Positions 22,508 to 32,658 of a stretch of DNA of 51,056 bases are shown here, one piece after another. Under the pieces are notes generated by a model. That model saw only the letters and a list, made by a program, of their open reading frames with translations. It did not search any database and was not told the DNA's origin. Made by a program: the position numbers and the translations under genes. Within the stretch, counting starts at the first letter, position 1; each line of letters starts with the position of its first letter. Source of the stretch: Chloroflexota bacterium (GTDB taxonomy: Bacteria; Chloroflexota; Dehalococcoidia; E44-bin15); the NCBI GenBank assembly GCA_030626475.1, contig DAOUOW010000003.1, positions 1-51,056 of the forward strand. Reading direction: 5' to 3'.

Positions 22508-23194
22508 ATGAAGACCAAAAGGTTTATAATATTCAGGAATGTCTTCTTTATCCTCATGGCCCTGGTACTGGTTGGAGGCTTGACCGCGGGCTGGCGTGCC
22601 GCCACTCGCCCTTCCACGGCGGAGCTACGGGTGACGAACCTGGTCATCTCCCCAGCCGAGGTATACGTGGGAGAGCAGACCGCCATCTTCGCGGAGGTCA
22701 CCAACAACGGAGACTCAGACGACACCCATACGATAGTGTTGACGGTCAACAACAGCAACGGCCAAGAGGTAGAAAAAGGTGAGACGGAGGTCCCGGTGCC
22801 AGCAGGGAAGATGACAACGGTGGAGTTCGCCATCACTCTCAATATACCGGACACCTACAAAATCGAGGTCGATGGGTGGACGGGCACCCTGGAGGTAATG
22901 GAGCGGCCCACTGGCGCCGAGTTCCGAGTGATAGGCCTAGCCATTACCCCTCCCACAGTGGAAGTGGGGGAGATGGTAATTGTCAGCGCCACTATCGAGA
23001 ACATCGGACAGACAGACGGCACCTACATCCCAACATTAAAGATTGACGGCACGGAGATAGAGGAGAAGCCGGAGGTTCCAGTGGCAGCGGGGGGGACGGC
23101 AACAGTGGAATTTACCCTCGCTATCAATGTAGCGGGCACCTACGAAATCGAGGTCGATGGACAGAGGGACTTCCTGGAGGTGACCGCTCCCTAA
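22508..23194 (+). CDS. Secreted/membrane-anchored protein with two tandem CARDB/Ig-like domains (start ATG 22508)
   Basis: N-terminal hydrophobic helix; duplicated EVPV.AG...TVEF...N..GTY.IEVDG units. Confidence 0.72.
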   Translation: MKTKRFIIFRNVFFILMALVLVGGLTAGWRAATRPSTAELRVTNLVISPAEVYVGEQTAIFAEVTNNGDSDDTHTIVLTVNNSNGQEVEKGETEVPVPAGKMTTVEFAITLNIPDTYKIEVDGWTGTLEVMERPTGAEFRVIGLAITPPTVEVGEMVIVSATIENIGQTDGTYIPTLKIDGTEIEEKPEVPVAAGGTATVEFTLAINVAGTYEIEVDGQRDFLEVTAP

Positions 23195-23369
23195 TACTTA
23201 ATGTTCGAAAAAGCAAAAGCCAAAAAGGAGGTGAGTAAGCAAAGAAGCCTTACGATCTGACACAGCAATTAGTTCGAAATATTCGAAAAAAGCGACGGCT
23301 AAGAAAGGCGACGAGACAGCAAATAGCCTTTCCATCAACCACAGCCAGTAGTTCAAAAAAGGAGGACGA

Positions 23370-24725
23370 ATGGAGACAAAGGTTATATTGACGGAAAAGG
23401 AGATGCCCACCTCCTGGTACAACATCCAGGCCGACCTTCCCGAGCCACTACCACCGGTGCTTCACCCCGGCACAGGTCAGCCGATAGGGCCGGCAGACCT
23501 CGCCCCTCTCTTTCCCATGGAGCTAATCAAGCAGGAGGTGAGTCAGGAGCGCTACATCGACATCCCGGAGGAAGTGCAGGAGATTTACCGGATATGGCGC
23601 CCGACCCCTGTGGTTAGGGCTTATCGCCTGGAGAAGGCGCTGGATACCCCGGCAAGGATTTACTACAAGTATGAGGGGGTGAGCCCCGCCGGGAGCCACA
23701 AGCCGAACACCGCCGTGGCCCAAGCCTATTACAACATGAAAGAAGGCGTCAAGCGCATAGCCACGGAGACGGGAGCCGGGCAGTGGGGGAGTGCCCTGGC
23801 AATGGGCTGCATGTTCTTCGGTCTTGAGCTAAAGGTCTATATGGTCAAAATCAGCTACCAGCAGAAGCCATATCGCCGGGTGATGATGGAGACCTGGGGG
23901 GCAAAATGCGTGCCCAGCCCTAGCGAGGATACCAAGGCAGGGCGAGACGTCCTTGCCCGGGACCCCGATTGCACCGGAAGCCTGGGCATCGCCATCAGCG
24001 AGGCAGTGGAAGACGCCGTCAGCCGAGATGATACCAAGTATGCATTGGGGAGCGTGCTCAACCATGTTCTTCTGCACCAGACCATCGTGGGGCAGGAGGC
24101 CAAAAAGCAACTGGAGAAGATTGATGCCTATCCCGACATCATCATAGGCTGCATCGGCGGGGGCTCAAACTTCGCCGGCGTTTACTTGCCCTTTGTAAAG
24201 GATAAAATTGAAGGCAAGAAGCCAGACCTGCGAATCATCAACGTCGAGCCTGAGGCCTGCCCTACCGTTACCAAGGGCCCTTATGCCTACGATTTCGGGG
24301 ATGAGGCTATGCTCACCCCACTGATCAAGATGTACACCCTGGGCCATTCTTTCGTCCCACCCCCAGTCCATGCCGGCGGGCTGCGCTACCACGGGATGGC
24401 GCCCATCATCTGCCACCTTCACAAGCTGGGGCTCGTTGAAGCCAGGGCCGAATACCAGATCCCGGTCTTCCAAGCTGCCCTCCAGTTCGCCCGCACCGAG
24501 GGGCACATCCCTGCCCCCGAGCCCGCTCATGCGATCAAGGTGGTCATCGATGAGGCGCTTAAATGCAAGGAGTCGGGGGAGAAAAAGACCATTCTGCTGG
24601 CAAACAGCGGGCATGGGCACTTCGATCTGGCTGCCTATGATGAGTTCCTCTCGGGCAGGCTCCAGGACTACGAGTACCCCAAAGAGAAGGTAGAGGAGGC
24701 TCTGGCAAAATTGCCGAAGATGTAA
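23370..24725 (+). CDS. trpB: TrpB2-type tryptophan synthase beta chain (standalone)
   Basis: [13 protein letters not shown] motif, [33 protein letters not shown]; no trpA adjacent. Confidence 0.93.
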   Translation: METKVILTEKEMPTSWYNIQADLPEPLPPVLHPGTGQPIGPADLAPLFPMELIKQEVSQERYIDIPEEVQEIYRIWRPTPVVRAYRLEKALDTPARIYYKYEGVSPAGSHKPNTAVAQAYYNMKEGVKRIATETGAGQWGSALAMGCMFFGLELKVYMVKISYQQKPYRRVMMETWGAKCVPSPSEDTKAGRDVLARDPDCTGSLGIAISEAVEDAVSRDDTKYALGSVLNHVLLHQTIVGQEAKKQLEKIDAYPDIIIGCIGGGSNFAGVYLPFVKDKIEGKKPDLRIINVEPEACPTVTKGPYAYDFGDEAMLTPLIKMYTLGHSFVPPPVHAGGLRYHGMAPIICHLHKLGLVEARAEYQIPVFQAALQFARTEGHIPAPEPAHAIKVVIDEALKCKESGEKKTILLANSGHGHFDLAAYDEFLSGRLQDYEYPKEKVEEALAKLPKM

Positions 24726-24740
24726 GCTGGAGTCAAGGGG

Positions 24741-27700
24741 CTACTGGAGCTTCTTCACCCCCAGCACCACCTCATCGCCATCGATGCGGTGGCTCTCGGT
24801 GTAGGCTTCCTTCTCTGGAACCCCTTCGATGAGGTCCCGAGAAAGGGTCTCTTGCCTGATGTAGGGGGCGAAGCCGGTTATCACTCGCTTTATCGCCTCC
24901 CCACCCTGGTAATAGGTGACGATGTAGTCGGCGATGTCGAAGTCGGCTCGCTTGCGCATTGTCTGCAGGCGATGTACCAGCTCCCGCGCCTTGCCCTCAT
25001 CGGCAAGCTCCTGCGTTATCTCCATGTCGATGGCGACTGTGGGACCACTTGCATCAGAAGCTACTGCAAACTCTCCTTCATCGGCGAGGAACGATAAAAC
25101 TCTGATATCGGGTTCCATAAACTCCATATCCTTTACGTTCAGCTCCTCCAGAACCTGGGTCTTAACCCGCTCCAGCCCCTCGCGCTCCCCTTTCGACCGA
25201 GCCTTGACCAGCACCCTTCTCAGCGGCTGGCGCACCTTGATGCCCTTCATGCTCCTCGCTGCCCGACCCAGGCTTGTCACCTTCATTGCCAGGGCGATGT
25301 CGCTTGCCAGTTGCTCATCGACCTGGGAGAGGTCAGCGACGGGAAATTCTGTCAGGTGCACGCTCTCAGGCTCCTCGGGATAGAATGAGCGCACCAGGTT
25401 CTGGTATATCTCTTCGGCGACAAAGGGGGTGAAGGGAGCAAGAAGCTTGGCCAGGGTGACGAGACAATGGTAGAGAGTGGTATAGGCCGCCAGCTTATCG
25501 GCATCGCTCTCGCTCTTCCAGAAACGCCGCCTCGATCTTCTCACATACCAGTTGGAGAGGTCATCGACGAAGCCCTGAATCCTGCGCCCAGCAGTGGTGG
25601 GATCGTAGCCCTCCAAAGCCGTGGTCACCTCATCGATAAGCAGGTTAAGCTCGGAGAGGATCCAGCGGTCAAGCTCCGATTGATAACGAACCTCAGCAGT
25701 GGAGCGAGGGTCGAATTTGTCAATATTGGCATAGGTGATAAAGAACGAATAAACATTCCACAGGGTCAAGAGGAACCTTCTCAAACCCTCACTTACCAGT
25801 TCCACGGAGAAGCGGCGCACGTTCCCCGCCGCCGAAGAGGTGATAAGGTACCACCTCAGGGCATCAGCGCCCTGACCATTGAGGATGAGCCAGGGGTCAA
25901 CCACGTTCCCCTTGGACTTGCTCATCTTCTCCCCCTGGGCATCGAGGATATGGCCGAGGCAGATGACATTCCTGAAGCAGGGGCGGTCAAAGAGCAGGGT
26001 TGACAGGGCATGAAGGGTATAGAACCAGCCCCTGGTCTGATCCACCGCCTCGCAGATGTAGTCAGCGGGGAAGAACTGGTCGAAAAGCTCCTTATTTTCG
26101 AAGGGATAATGCCACTGGGCAACGGGCATTGCCCCGGAGTCAAACCAGGCATCGAGGACCTCGGGGAGGCGGTGCATCACCCCCTGGCAACTGGGGCAGG
26201 CAAAGCTGACCTTGTCGACGAAGGGGCGATGAAGGTCCAGGGGCTCCTCCAAGCCAGAGAGCCCCTTCTTGCCTTTCAATTCCTCAATGCCACCGATGCA
26301 ATCATACGCGTCACAGGAGTCGCACTGCCACACAGGAAGGGGCGTCCCCCAGTAGCGCTCCCGGGAGAAGGCCCAGTCAACATTGTTCTCCAGCCAGTCG
26401 CCGAAGCGCCCGTATTTGATGTGCTCCGGATACCAGTTGATTTTTGCGTTCCCGGCGATGAGCCGGTCCTTTTTTGCCGTGGTCCTAATATACCACGAAG
26501 GCTTGGCATAGTACAGGAGGGGAGTTTCGCACCGCCAGCAGAAGGGGTAGGTATGGCGGATGGTCTCGCTACGGTAGAGCAGCCCCCGCGACTTGAGGTC
26601 TTCGATAATTAAGGGGTCAGCATCTTTTACAGGTAGGCCGCCAAACCGCCCTAGGGTATCATCCATTTTGCCTGTCAAGCGCACAGGATGTAAAAACCAT
26701 AAACTCGCCTTCCGCCCCAGTTCCATATCTACTTCACCGTACGCTGGGGCGATGTGAACAATGCCTGTGCCATCCTCCATCGATACAAACTCTCCAGCGA
26801 CCACTTGATATTGACCTGGTTCCGTCGAGTCCAGATCATACCTTGGGCGCGTCTCCCCTTCAGTGAATTTGAACACATATGGAAAGTCGTCATCCGAGAG
26901 AGCCAAGAGATCGTAGAGACACTCATATTCTAGGCCTAGCAGATCCTCACCTCTTAGAGTGGCGACGACCTCGCATCCATCCTTTACGGCGCTTTCCAAG
27001 AGTGCCTGTCCCAAAATCAGATGTTCGGCACCTGCTCTCCCTTTTAATTCGACCAAGACATACTCGGCATCCTTTGCTACAGCAAGGGCGGTGTTACCCA
27101 ACAAGGTCCAAGGAGTTGTGGTCCAAACAAGAAAGAAAGTGTCAACGCTATCCTGTTCAAGGCCAAGCTTACCAGTTAATGTCTTTTTGGATGCTGCAGT
27201 TAGCTTGAATTTTATCCAAACTGAAGGGTCGTCGGTCTCCTCATAGCCCAGGGCGACTTCGTGCGAAGAGAGCGAGGTGCCGCATCGGGGGCAGTGGGGG
27301 GTAACCTTATAGCCCTGATAGATAAGCCCCTTCTCCCATAGCTGCTTGATCACCCACCAGCAGGACTCGATATAGCCATTCTCCAGGGTGATGTAGGGGT
27401 GCTCCATATCGAGCCAGAAGCCAATTTTCTCGGTGAGCTCCTCCCACTCCTTTTGATAGCGGAACACGCTCTCCCGACAGTGCTCATTGAACCGGGAAAC
27501 CCCATAGCTTTCGATTTCAGCCTTGGAAGAAAACCCGAGCTCCCTTTCCACCTCCAACTCCACGGGGAGCCCGTGGGTATCCCATCCCGCCTTGCGTGGG
27601 ACGCAGAACCCTTTCATCGTCTTGTAGCGGGGGATGACGTCCTTAAAAATGCGGGACAACACATGATGCACCCCAGGGCTGGCATTGGCTGTGGGCGGCC

Positions 27701-27845
27701 CCTCATAGAGGACAAAGAGGGGCGCCTCTTTTCGCTCCTCGATGCTTTTTTCAAAGATGCGCTTCTCCTGCCAGAACTTGAGTATGCGCTGCTCAAGCTC
27801 AGGGAAGCTCACCCTGCTCGCCACCTTTTTGAACATTTTTTTCAC
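24741..27845 (-). CDS. ileS: Isoleucyl-tRNA synthetase (type 2-like)
   Basis: GPPTAN..PGVHH, GWDTHGLPVE, WTTTPWT, SRERYWGTP, KMSKS; Ile T-box upstream. Confidence 0.97.
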   Translation of the reverse strand: MKKMFKKVASRVSFPELEQRILKFWQEKRIFEKSIEERKEAPLFVLYEGPPTANASPGVHHVLSRIFKDVIPRYKTMKGFCVPRKAGWDTHGLPVELEVERELGFSSKAEIESYGVSRFNEHCRESVFRYQKEWEELTEKIGFWLDMEHPYITLENGYIESCWWVIKQLWEKGLIYQGYKVTPHCPRCGTSLSSHEVALGYEETDDPSVWIKFKLTAASKKTLTGKLGLEQDSVDTFFLVWTTTPWTLLGNTALAVAKDAEYVLVELKGRAGAEHLILGQALLESAVKDGCEVVATLRGEDLLGLEYECLYDLLALSDDDFPYVFKFTEGETRPRYDLDSTEPGQYQVVAGEFVSMEDGTGIVHIAPAYGEVDMELGRKASLWFLHPVRLTGKMDDTLGRFGGLPVKDADPLIIEDLKSRGLLYRSETIRHTYPFCWRCETPLLYYAKPSWYIRTTAKKDRLIAGNAKINWYPEHIKYGRFGDWLENNVDWAFSRERYWGTPLPVWQCDSCDAYDCIGGIEELKGKKGLSGLEEPLDLHRPFVDKVSFACPSCQGVMHRLPEVLDAWFDSGAMPVAQWHYPFENKELFDQFFPADYICEAVDQTRGWFYTLHALSTLLFDRPCFRNVICLGHILDAQGEKMSKSKGNVVDPWLILNGQGADALRWYLITSSAAGNVRRFSVELVSEGLRRFLLTLWNVYSFFITYANIDKFDPRSTAEVRYQSELDRWILSELNLLIDEVTTALEGYDPTTAGRRIQGFVDDLSNWYVRRSRRRFWKSESDADKLAAYTTLYHCLVTLAKLLAPFTPFVAEEIYQNLVRSFYPEEPESVHLTEFPVADLSQVDEQLASDIALAMKVTSLGRAARSMKGIKVRQPLRRVLVKARSKGEREGLERVKTQVLEELNVKDMEFMEPDIRVLSFLADEGEFAVASDASGPTVAIDMEITQELADEGKARELVHRLQTMRKRADFDIADYIVTYYQGGEAIKRVITGFAPYIRQETLSRDLIEGVPEKEAYTESHRIDGDEVVLGVKKLQ

Positions 27846-27958
27846 TCTTTAAGGTATTTCTTAAAGATAGGCCTATCCCAAAAGAAGCCCTTAGGCGACA
27901 AAGACATGCTTAGTAAAGAAAGCCGTAGGGCTTTTCGACCTGGCTCAACATATAGTTC

Positions 27959-28230
27959 GAAAAAAGCTCGTCCTCAAGGGACGAGCTTCACTAGCCCGCG
28001 GTACCACCCTATTTCCCCGATGACCGGGGCTCTCTTTAAGGCACAACTATGCCTTCGTCATCGATAACGGTTGACGACACCGGCCAAGTCTACTGGGTGC
28101 CCAGGTTCTACCTCTCACCGTTCGGTTGGCGGCTCAGGAGGGATTTTCGGAAGGGAAGGGCGCATCTGCTCCCACCGTACCAGACTCGCTGAACGCCTTC
28201 TCCCCCTACTCTTCTCCGTCACTGCCTTTG
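27959..28230 (-). ncRNA. T-box riboswitch, Ile (AUC) specifier
   Basis: AGGGTGGTACCGCG T-box at about 27997-28010; terminator AAGCTCGTCC..GGACGAGCTT plus U-run 27959-27988; GAAAATC specifier loop near 28142; promoter TTGACT-17-TAATCT at 28238-28266. Confidence 0.93.
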
Positions 28231-28277
28231 CTACTAGAGATTAACATCCGCTAGGGATAAAGTCAAGTTTTGGCCCG

Positions 28278-28937
28278 CTACTTTTGGGCGAGGATGGTTA
28301 CCTTGCGAGCTTCGCCCTCGCCGATGCTGTGAGTGGTCACATCGGGGTAGTCCTGCAGCGCCATGTGGATAATGCGGCGCTCCCTTGCTGGCATCGGCTC
28401 CAGAGTGACCGAATGTCCTGTAGCCTTAACCCGCTCCGCCATGCGCAGCGCCAGATTGCGCAGTGCCTCCTGTCGCCGCTCCCGATAGCCCTCCACATCC
28501 ATGCTTAGATACACCTGAGCCTTCATCTGATGGCTCACCATGAGGTAGACAAGGTACTGAAGCGCGGATAGGGTCTGACCCCGTCTCCCGATGAGAATGC
28601 CCAAGTCCTCGCCACTAATATCCAGGGCAATAGGGACACGCCCGGTCGTTGCTCCTGACAAGAGAGATTCCCTTACGCTGACGGAAGCCGGGACCTTCAT
28701 TAGGTCGAGAAGCCTCCCTAGTATCTCCTTAGCCAGGATAATCGAGGCGCGGTCCGTCTCCTCCGCGGGAAGTTTTGTCACCCTTACCCTAGCTTCCTCA
28801 GCGCCAAAACTCAAAAACCCGGGCTTGCCTTTGTTGAGGACCTCCACCTCCACCTGTTCACGAGGAATGCCGAGCTCTTTTAGGGCGAGTTCGATGGCGT
28901 CTTCTACGGTCTTTGCGCTTACTTCCAGACTTTCCAT
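28278..28937 (-). CDS. jag: Jag/EloR RNA-binding protein (Jag_N, KH, R3H)
   Basis: AKTVEDAI, GILIGRRGQTLSALQYL, ERRIIH. Confidence 0.93.
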   Translation of the reverse strand: MESLEVSAKTVEDAIELALKELGIPREQVEVEVLNKGKPGFLSFGAEEARVRVTKLPAEETDRASIILAKEILGRLLDLMKVPASVSVRESLLSGATTGRVPIALDISGEDLGILIGRRGQTLSALQYLVYLMVSHQMKAQVYLSMDVEGYRERRQEALRNLALRMAERVKATGHSVTLEPMPARERRIIHMALQDYPDVTTHSIGEGEARKVTILAQK

Positions 28938-29811
28938 GCTCAGGCCTCTTTTCTTGTCTCGCCTCTTGAGGCGCTAATTCCTCTTCTGTTGTTGGCACCG
29001 GAGCCCCAGGGGTCTCAGTTATAGGCGAAAGGGGTACCGGAGCCGGCGTTGGCGGAGCCGGGGCTCGCGTCAATATAGCCTTCCACCTCTGGACAGTGAC
29101 CTCAAGACCACCCCACCCAGTGATAAAGTATTGCATCACGATGCCAATAATATTGGAGACGAGCCAGAACAGGGCTAAGCCAGTGGGGAACTGCATGGTG
29201 AAGAAGGCAAACATGAGGGGCATCATCCAAAGCATCGTCCTGCTCATCGACTGTTGCTTGGGATCGGTAGTGGGCGCGGTCATCATCTTCTGCTGAATCC
29301 ACATCGTGCCCCCAACAAGGATGGGCATGATATAGAAGGAGTCGGGAATGGCAAGGTTGAGCCAGAGAAAACCTGACCCCATGGGCACCGCCTGATGCAC
29401 TATGGATAGAGGATAAAGGTTCTGAGACAGATGCAACAGGTCTTCAGGGCTTGCTGCCAGGGCTCTCAGGACTGACTGGTAAAGGGCAATCCAGATCGGA
29501 AGCTGAATCAACATCGGCCACAGGCAACCCAAGGGGTTTACGCCACCCTCTTTATAAAGCTTCGATACTTCCTGCTGCATCCTTTGCTTATCCTTGGCAT
29601 ACTTCTTCTGAATTTCCTGCAACTTGGGCTGGAGCGTCGTCATCGCCTTCGTGGAACGAATCTGCCTCAAGGTAAAGGGCAGCATGATGAAGCGCACAAT
29701 AATGGTGAGGGCAATGACGGCCAGCCCAAAGCTACTGAACAGCACGTGGGACAGCACGATCAAGAAATTGAGCATCGGTTGGAGCAGGAGAACATTCCAG
29801 AGTTCTGTCAT
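28858..29811 (-). CDS. yidC: Membrane protein insertase YidC/Oxa1
   Basis: LQPKLQEIQKKY, NPLGCLWPMLIQLPIW, GLALFWLVSN; basic tail overlaps jag start. Confidence 0.95.
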   Translation of the reverse strand: MTELWNVLLLQPMLNFLIVLSHVLFSSFGLAVIALTIIVRFIMLPFTLRQIRSTKAMTTLQPKLQEIQKKYAKDKQRMQQEVSKLYKEGGVNPLGCLWPMLIQLPIWIALYQSVLRALAASPEDLLHLSQNLYPLSIVHQAVPMGSGFLWLNLAIPDSFYIMPILVGGTMWIQQKMMTAPTTDPKQQSMSRTMLWMMPLMFAFFTMQFPTGLALFWLVSNIIGIVMQYFITGWGGLEVTVQRWKAILTRAPAPPTPAPVPLSPITETPGAPVPTTEEELAPQEARQEKRPEHGKSGSKRKDRRRRHRTRPKRARHSS

Positions 29812-29826
29812 GACCTAAACTTTACC

Positions 29827-31008
29827 TCAGGGCTCACGAGTAACTTGCTCCCAAAGTTTTTTGCCGTTATCTGTATCCAAAGCATAGAGGGTTCCGGCAG
29901 TGGTATAAACATAGACCGTATCCTCGCCAGCAAAAAGCGGGGCCCGGATGTGACCATCCACGGTTTTGGGCGCGGGCCATGCCGCCTCCCCGGTGCCGGC
30001 ATCCAAAGCATAAACCTTGTCATCTTTAGAGCCAATAATCACCAGGTCGCCCACGATGACGGGGTCGGCTCGAATCTGCCCCAAGGTCTCGAAATCCCAC
30101 TGTTTATCACCCGTCTCAGCATCGAGGGCATAAACCCAGTGGTCAAGACAGCCAGCGATGACAATATCATCGTAGACCACAGCTTTGACCCAAAACCAGC
30201 TGTCCGCCTCATCAAAGCGCCACTTCTCGGTGCCATTGAGGTTGATGGCGTAGAACTTGCTATCGAAGGCGCCAATGTAGATGGTGTTGTTATAGATTAG
30301 AGGGGTGGAGCCAATACCCCCTTGGGTCTCAAATCGCCAGTTCTCAGTGCCGGTTTCAGCATCTATGGCATAGAGGTTCTGGTCGAAGGAGCCGATATAG
30401 ACCACGCCGTCATGAACGGCAGGGGTGGCCCAGATTTTGTCATCAGTTTGGAAGGGCTGCGGCCAAACCTCGTGCCCGCTCTCAGCATCGAGGGCATAGA
30501 GCTTGCCATCAGAGGAGCCAATATAGAGGACGCCATCCTCCACCACCGGGCTGCCGACAATGGGACCTATATCTCCCTTCTCGGGATATGCCCAGCCATT
30601 TATCTCTGTTGTCATCTCTTGGGCATCGATGGCATAGACCTTGCCATCGTAGGTACCGATATAGACCCTGCCATCATAAACAAAAGGAGTGCCATAGATG
30701 CTCTTTGGCACCGGAGGGGCACAGGAAAGGAAGCCACCCCCGACACCAGCGCCAAACCCCGGTTCACCCCGCTCTGGAAACCATTCCCGGAGGGCCACGT
30801 GAGGCTTAGGGTCGTTAGACAAAATGCCTTTGAAGACCTTCCCCCCCCTGGTGCCGACATAGAGGACATCATAGGTGTCACCTTCTTCCGACACTTCTTG
30901 AACCACCACCGGTCCCGACCATCCTTTGGAAGAAGCTCCAGTGCATCCCGAAAGGAGCAGGCAACCTGCTAACAGAAGAGCAAATATGAGCCAAAACTTC
31001 GGTTTCAT
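29827..31008 (-). CDS. PQQ-like beta-propeller repeat lipoprotein
   Basis: LSGC lipobox; repeated YIGS.D..LYA.DA.TG...W units. Confidence 0.88.
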   Translation of the reverse strand: MKPKFWLIFALLLAGCLLLSGCTGASSKGWSGPVVVQEVSEEGDTYDVLYVGTRGGKVFKGILSNDPKPHVALREWFPERGEPGFGAGVGGGFLSCAPPVPKSIYGTPFVYDGRVYIGTYDGKVYAIDAQEMTTEINGWAYPEKGDIGPIVGSPVVEDGVLYIGSSDGKLYALDAESGHEVWPQPFQTDDKIWATPAVHDGVVYIGSFDQNLYAIDAETGTENWRFETQGGIGSTPLIYNNTIYIGAFDSKFYAINLNGTEKWRFDEADSWFWVKAVVYDDIVIAGCLDHWVYALDAETGDKQWDFETLGQIRADPVIVGDLVIIGSKDDKVYALDAGTGEAAWPAPKTVDGHIRAPLFAGEDTVYVYTTAGTLYALDTDNGKKLWEQVTREP

Positions 31009-31041
31009 GAATACATAACTATTTGCCGAGAGGCTGAGTCA

Positions 31042-31251
31042 TCAAGGCACGGGGTCAAACCCACGATGGTGGAACGGATGACATCGAGCGAGGCGCTTTG
31101 TCCCCAGCCAAACACCCCTCAAAAACCCATGCTTCTCGATAGCCTCAAAGGTATACTCAGAGCAGGAGGGGACAAAGCGGCAGGAAGTGTAGGTCACCTG
31201 GGAAATAGTCAACTGATAGCATCGGATCAAACCTAGGCCAATCCTCTTCAT
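31042..31251 (-). CDS. yidD: Membrane protein insertion efficiency factor
   Basis: CRFVPSCSEY, RLARCHPF..GFDPVP. Confidence 0.95.
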   Translation of the reverse strand: MKRIGLGLIRCYQLTISQVTYTSCRFVPSCSEYTFEAIEKHGFLRGVWLGTKRLARCHPFHHRGFDPVP

Positions 31252-31607
31252 GTCCCTCTCCTCCCCGAAACCTCCCCATCAGCTAGAAGTTGCGCCCGGG
31301 ATAATAATTGCGCCATCGCCCTCCTCAAGGTATGATAATCGGCCTCAGCGGCTGCGGCGCGGGCGATGAACACCACGTCCCAGCCATCCTTTACCGGCGT
31401 CAACCTGACCCCCTCTCGAAGCAGCCGCTTCACTCGATTTCGCACCACCGCCTTGCCCAATCGCTTCCCCACAGCAAAGCCACATCGCGTCCATCCCAAT
31501 TCGTTGGGCAACGCCCTCAGCACCACCAGACTATTAGACCAAGACCTCCCGTTATTAATGACAGCCTCAAACTGTGTTTCCTTAGTCAGCCGCTTTTCTC
31601 TCCCCAT
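31248..31607 (-). CDS. rnpA: Ribonuclease P protein component
   Basis: GKAVVRNRVKRLLRE motif. Confidence 0.95.
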   Translation of the reverse strand: MGREKRLTKETQFEAVINNGRSWSNSLVVLRALPNELGWTRCGFAVGKRLGKAVVRNRVKRLLREGVRLTPVKDGWDVVFIARAAAAEADYHTLRRAMAQLLSRAQLLADGEVSGRRGT

Positions 31608-31608
31608 C

Positions 31609-31746
31609 TCACACCGTGAGCCGCTTCCGCCCTCTAAGCCGCCTCCGCCTCAGCACGGCGCGACCACCCCTTGTCGCCATTCGTGCCAGGAACCCATGCT
31701 CCCGCTTTCTCGGTATCCTCTTCGGCTGATAGGTCCTCTTTGGCAT
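31609..31746 (-). CDS. rpmH: 50S ribosomal protein L34 (45 aa; below ORF-track cutoff)
   Basis: [45 protein letters not shown]. Confidence 0.97.
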   Translation of the reverse strand: MPKRTYQPKRIPRKREHGFLARMATRGGRAVLRRRRLRGRKRLTV

Positions 31747-31756
31747 TACTTGCAAA

Positions 31757-31785
31757 ATTATACTTCACCCCACCCAGGGTGTCAA
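31757..31785 (-). promoter_or_regulatory. Consensus promoter of the rpmH operon
   Basis: TTGACA-17-TATAAT perfect. Confidence 0.85.
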
Positions 31786-31870
31786 TTTTCAGCCAATAAC
31801 TGGACGGGCCCTTGAGGCAGTAGTATAATCCCTATGACCAGATTTGAAAGTGTCCTTTTGGGGGTAGACT

Positions 31871-32656
31871 ATGAAATTTAGGGACATGCTATATACCAAA
31901 GAGGATGGCATCGCCACTATCACCTTTAACCGCCCCCGGGCGTTAAACGCCCTAACAGCAAAGATGATGCAGGAGTGGATGACAGCAATGGAGGATGCCG
32001 CCAATAATGACCAGGTGAAGGTGGTGGTGCTCACGGGAGCAGGGCGTGCCTTCTGCTCAGGAAGGGACATGAGGTACGGCGAGGATGAACCTGAGTCTTT
32101 CTCCCCTTTCGGGGAATCGAAATCCAGAGAGCAGAATATCGCCAGTGTCCTGGCAGCCCTGGACAAGCCCTACATCGCAGCAATAAATGGGCCTGCTGTG
32201 GGGGCGGGGATGGATTATGCCAGCATGTGCGACATCAGGATCGCCTCGGAGCGAGCTAGATTCAGCATGGCCTATGTGAGAATGGGGCTCCCCCCAGCCA
32301 TAGGGGGGTGTTATTTTCTGCCTCGCATTGTGGGCATAGCTAACGCCTGCGATTTGATCTGGACGGGGAAGATGATCGACGCCCAGGAGGCGCTACGCAT
32401 TGGCTTCGTAAGCCAGGTGGTGCCCCACGATGAGCTCGAGGCGGCAACAAAGGAGCTGGCAATGAGACTGGCCATGGGACCCTCGGTAGCCATCAGGCTG
32501 GCAAAGCGCCTCATCTACGGCTGCCTTGAACTCGACCCAGAAAAAGCTCTGGAGGAGCACCAAAAAGCGATACTCACCGCCCTGAGCACCGAGGATGCTA
32601 AGGAAGGACCCCGGGCCTGGATAGAGAAAAGAGAACCCGTTTTCAAAGGGAGGTAG
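31871..32656 (+). CDS. Enoyl-CoA hydratase/isomerase family protein
   Basis: LNRP-like FNRPRALNAL, GRAFCSG, AINGPAVGAG, CDIRIASE. Confidence 0.92.
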   Translation: MKFRDMLYTKEDGIATITFNRPRALNALTAKMMQEWMTAMEDAANNDQVKVVVLTGAGRAFCSGRDMRYGEDEPESFSPFGESKSREQNIASVLAALDKPYIAAINGPAVGAGMDYASMCDIRIASERARFSMAYVRMGLPPAIGGCYFLPRIVGIANACDLIWTGKMIDAQEALRIGFVSQVVPHDELEAATKELAMRLAMGPSVAIRLAKRLIYGCLELDPEKALEEHQKAILTALSTEDAKEGPRAWIEKREPVFKGR

Positions 32657-32658
32657 CA

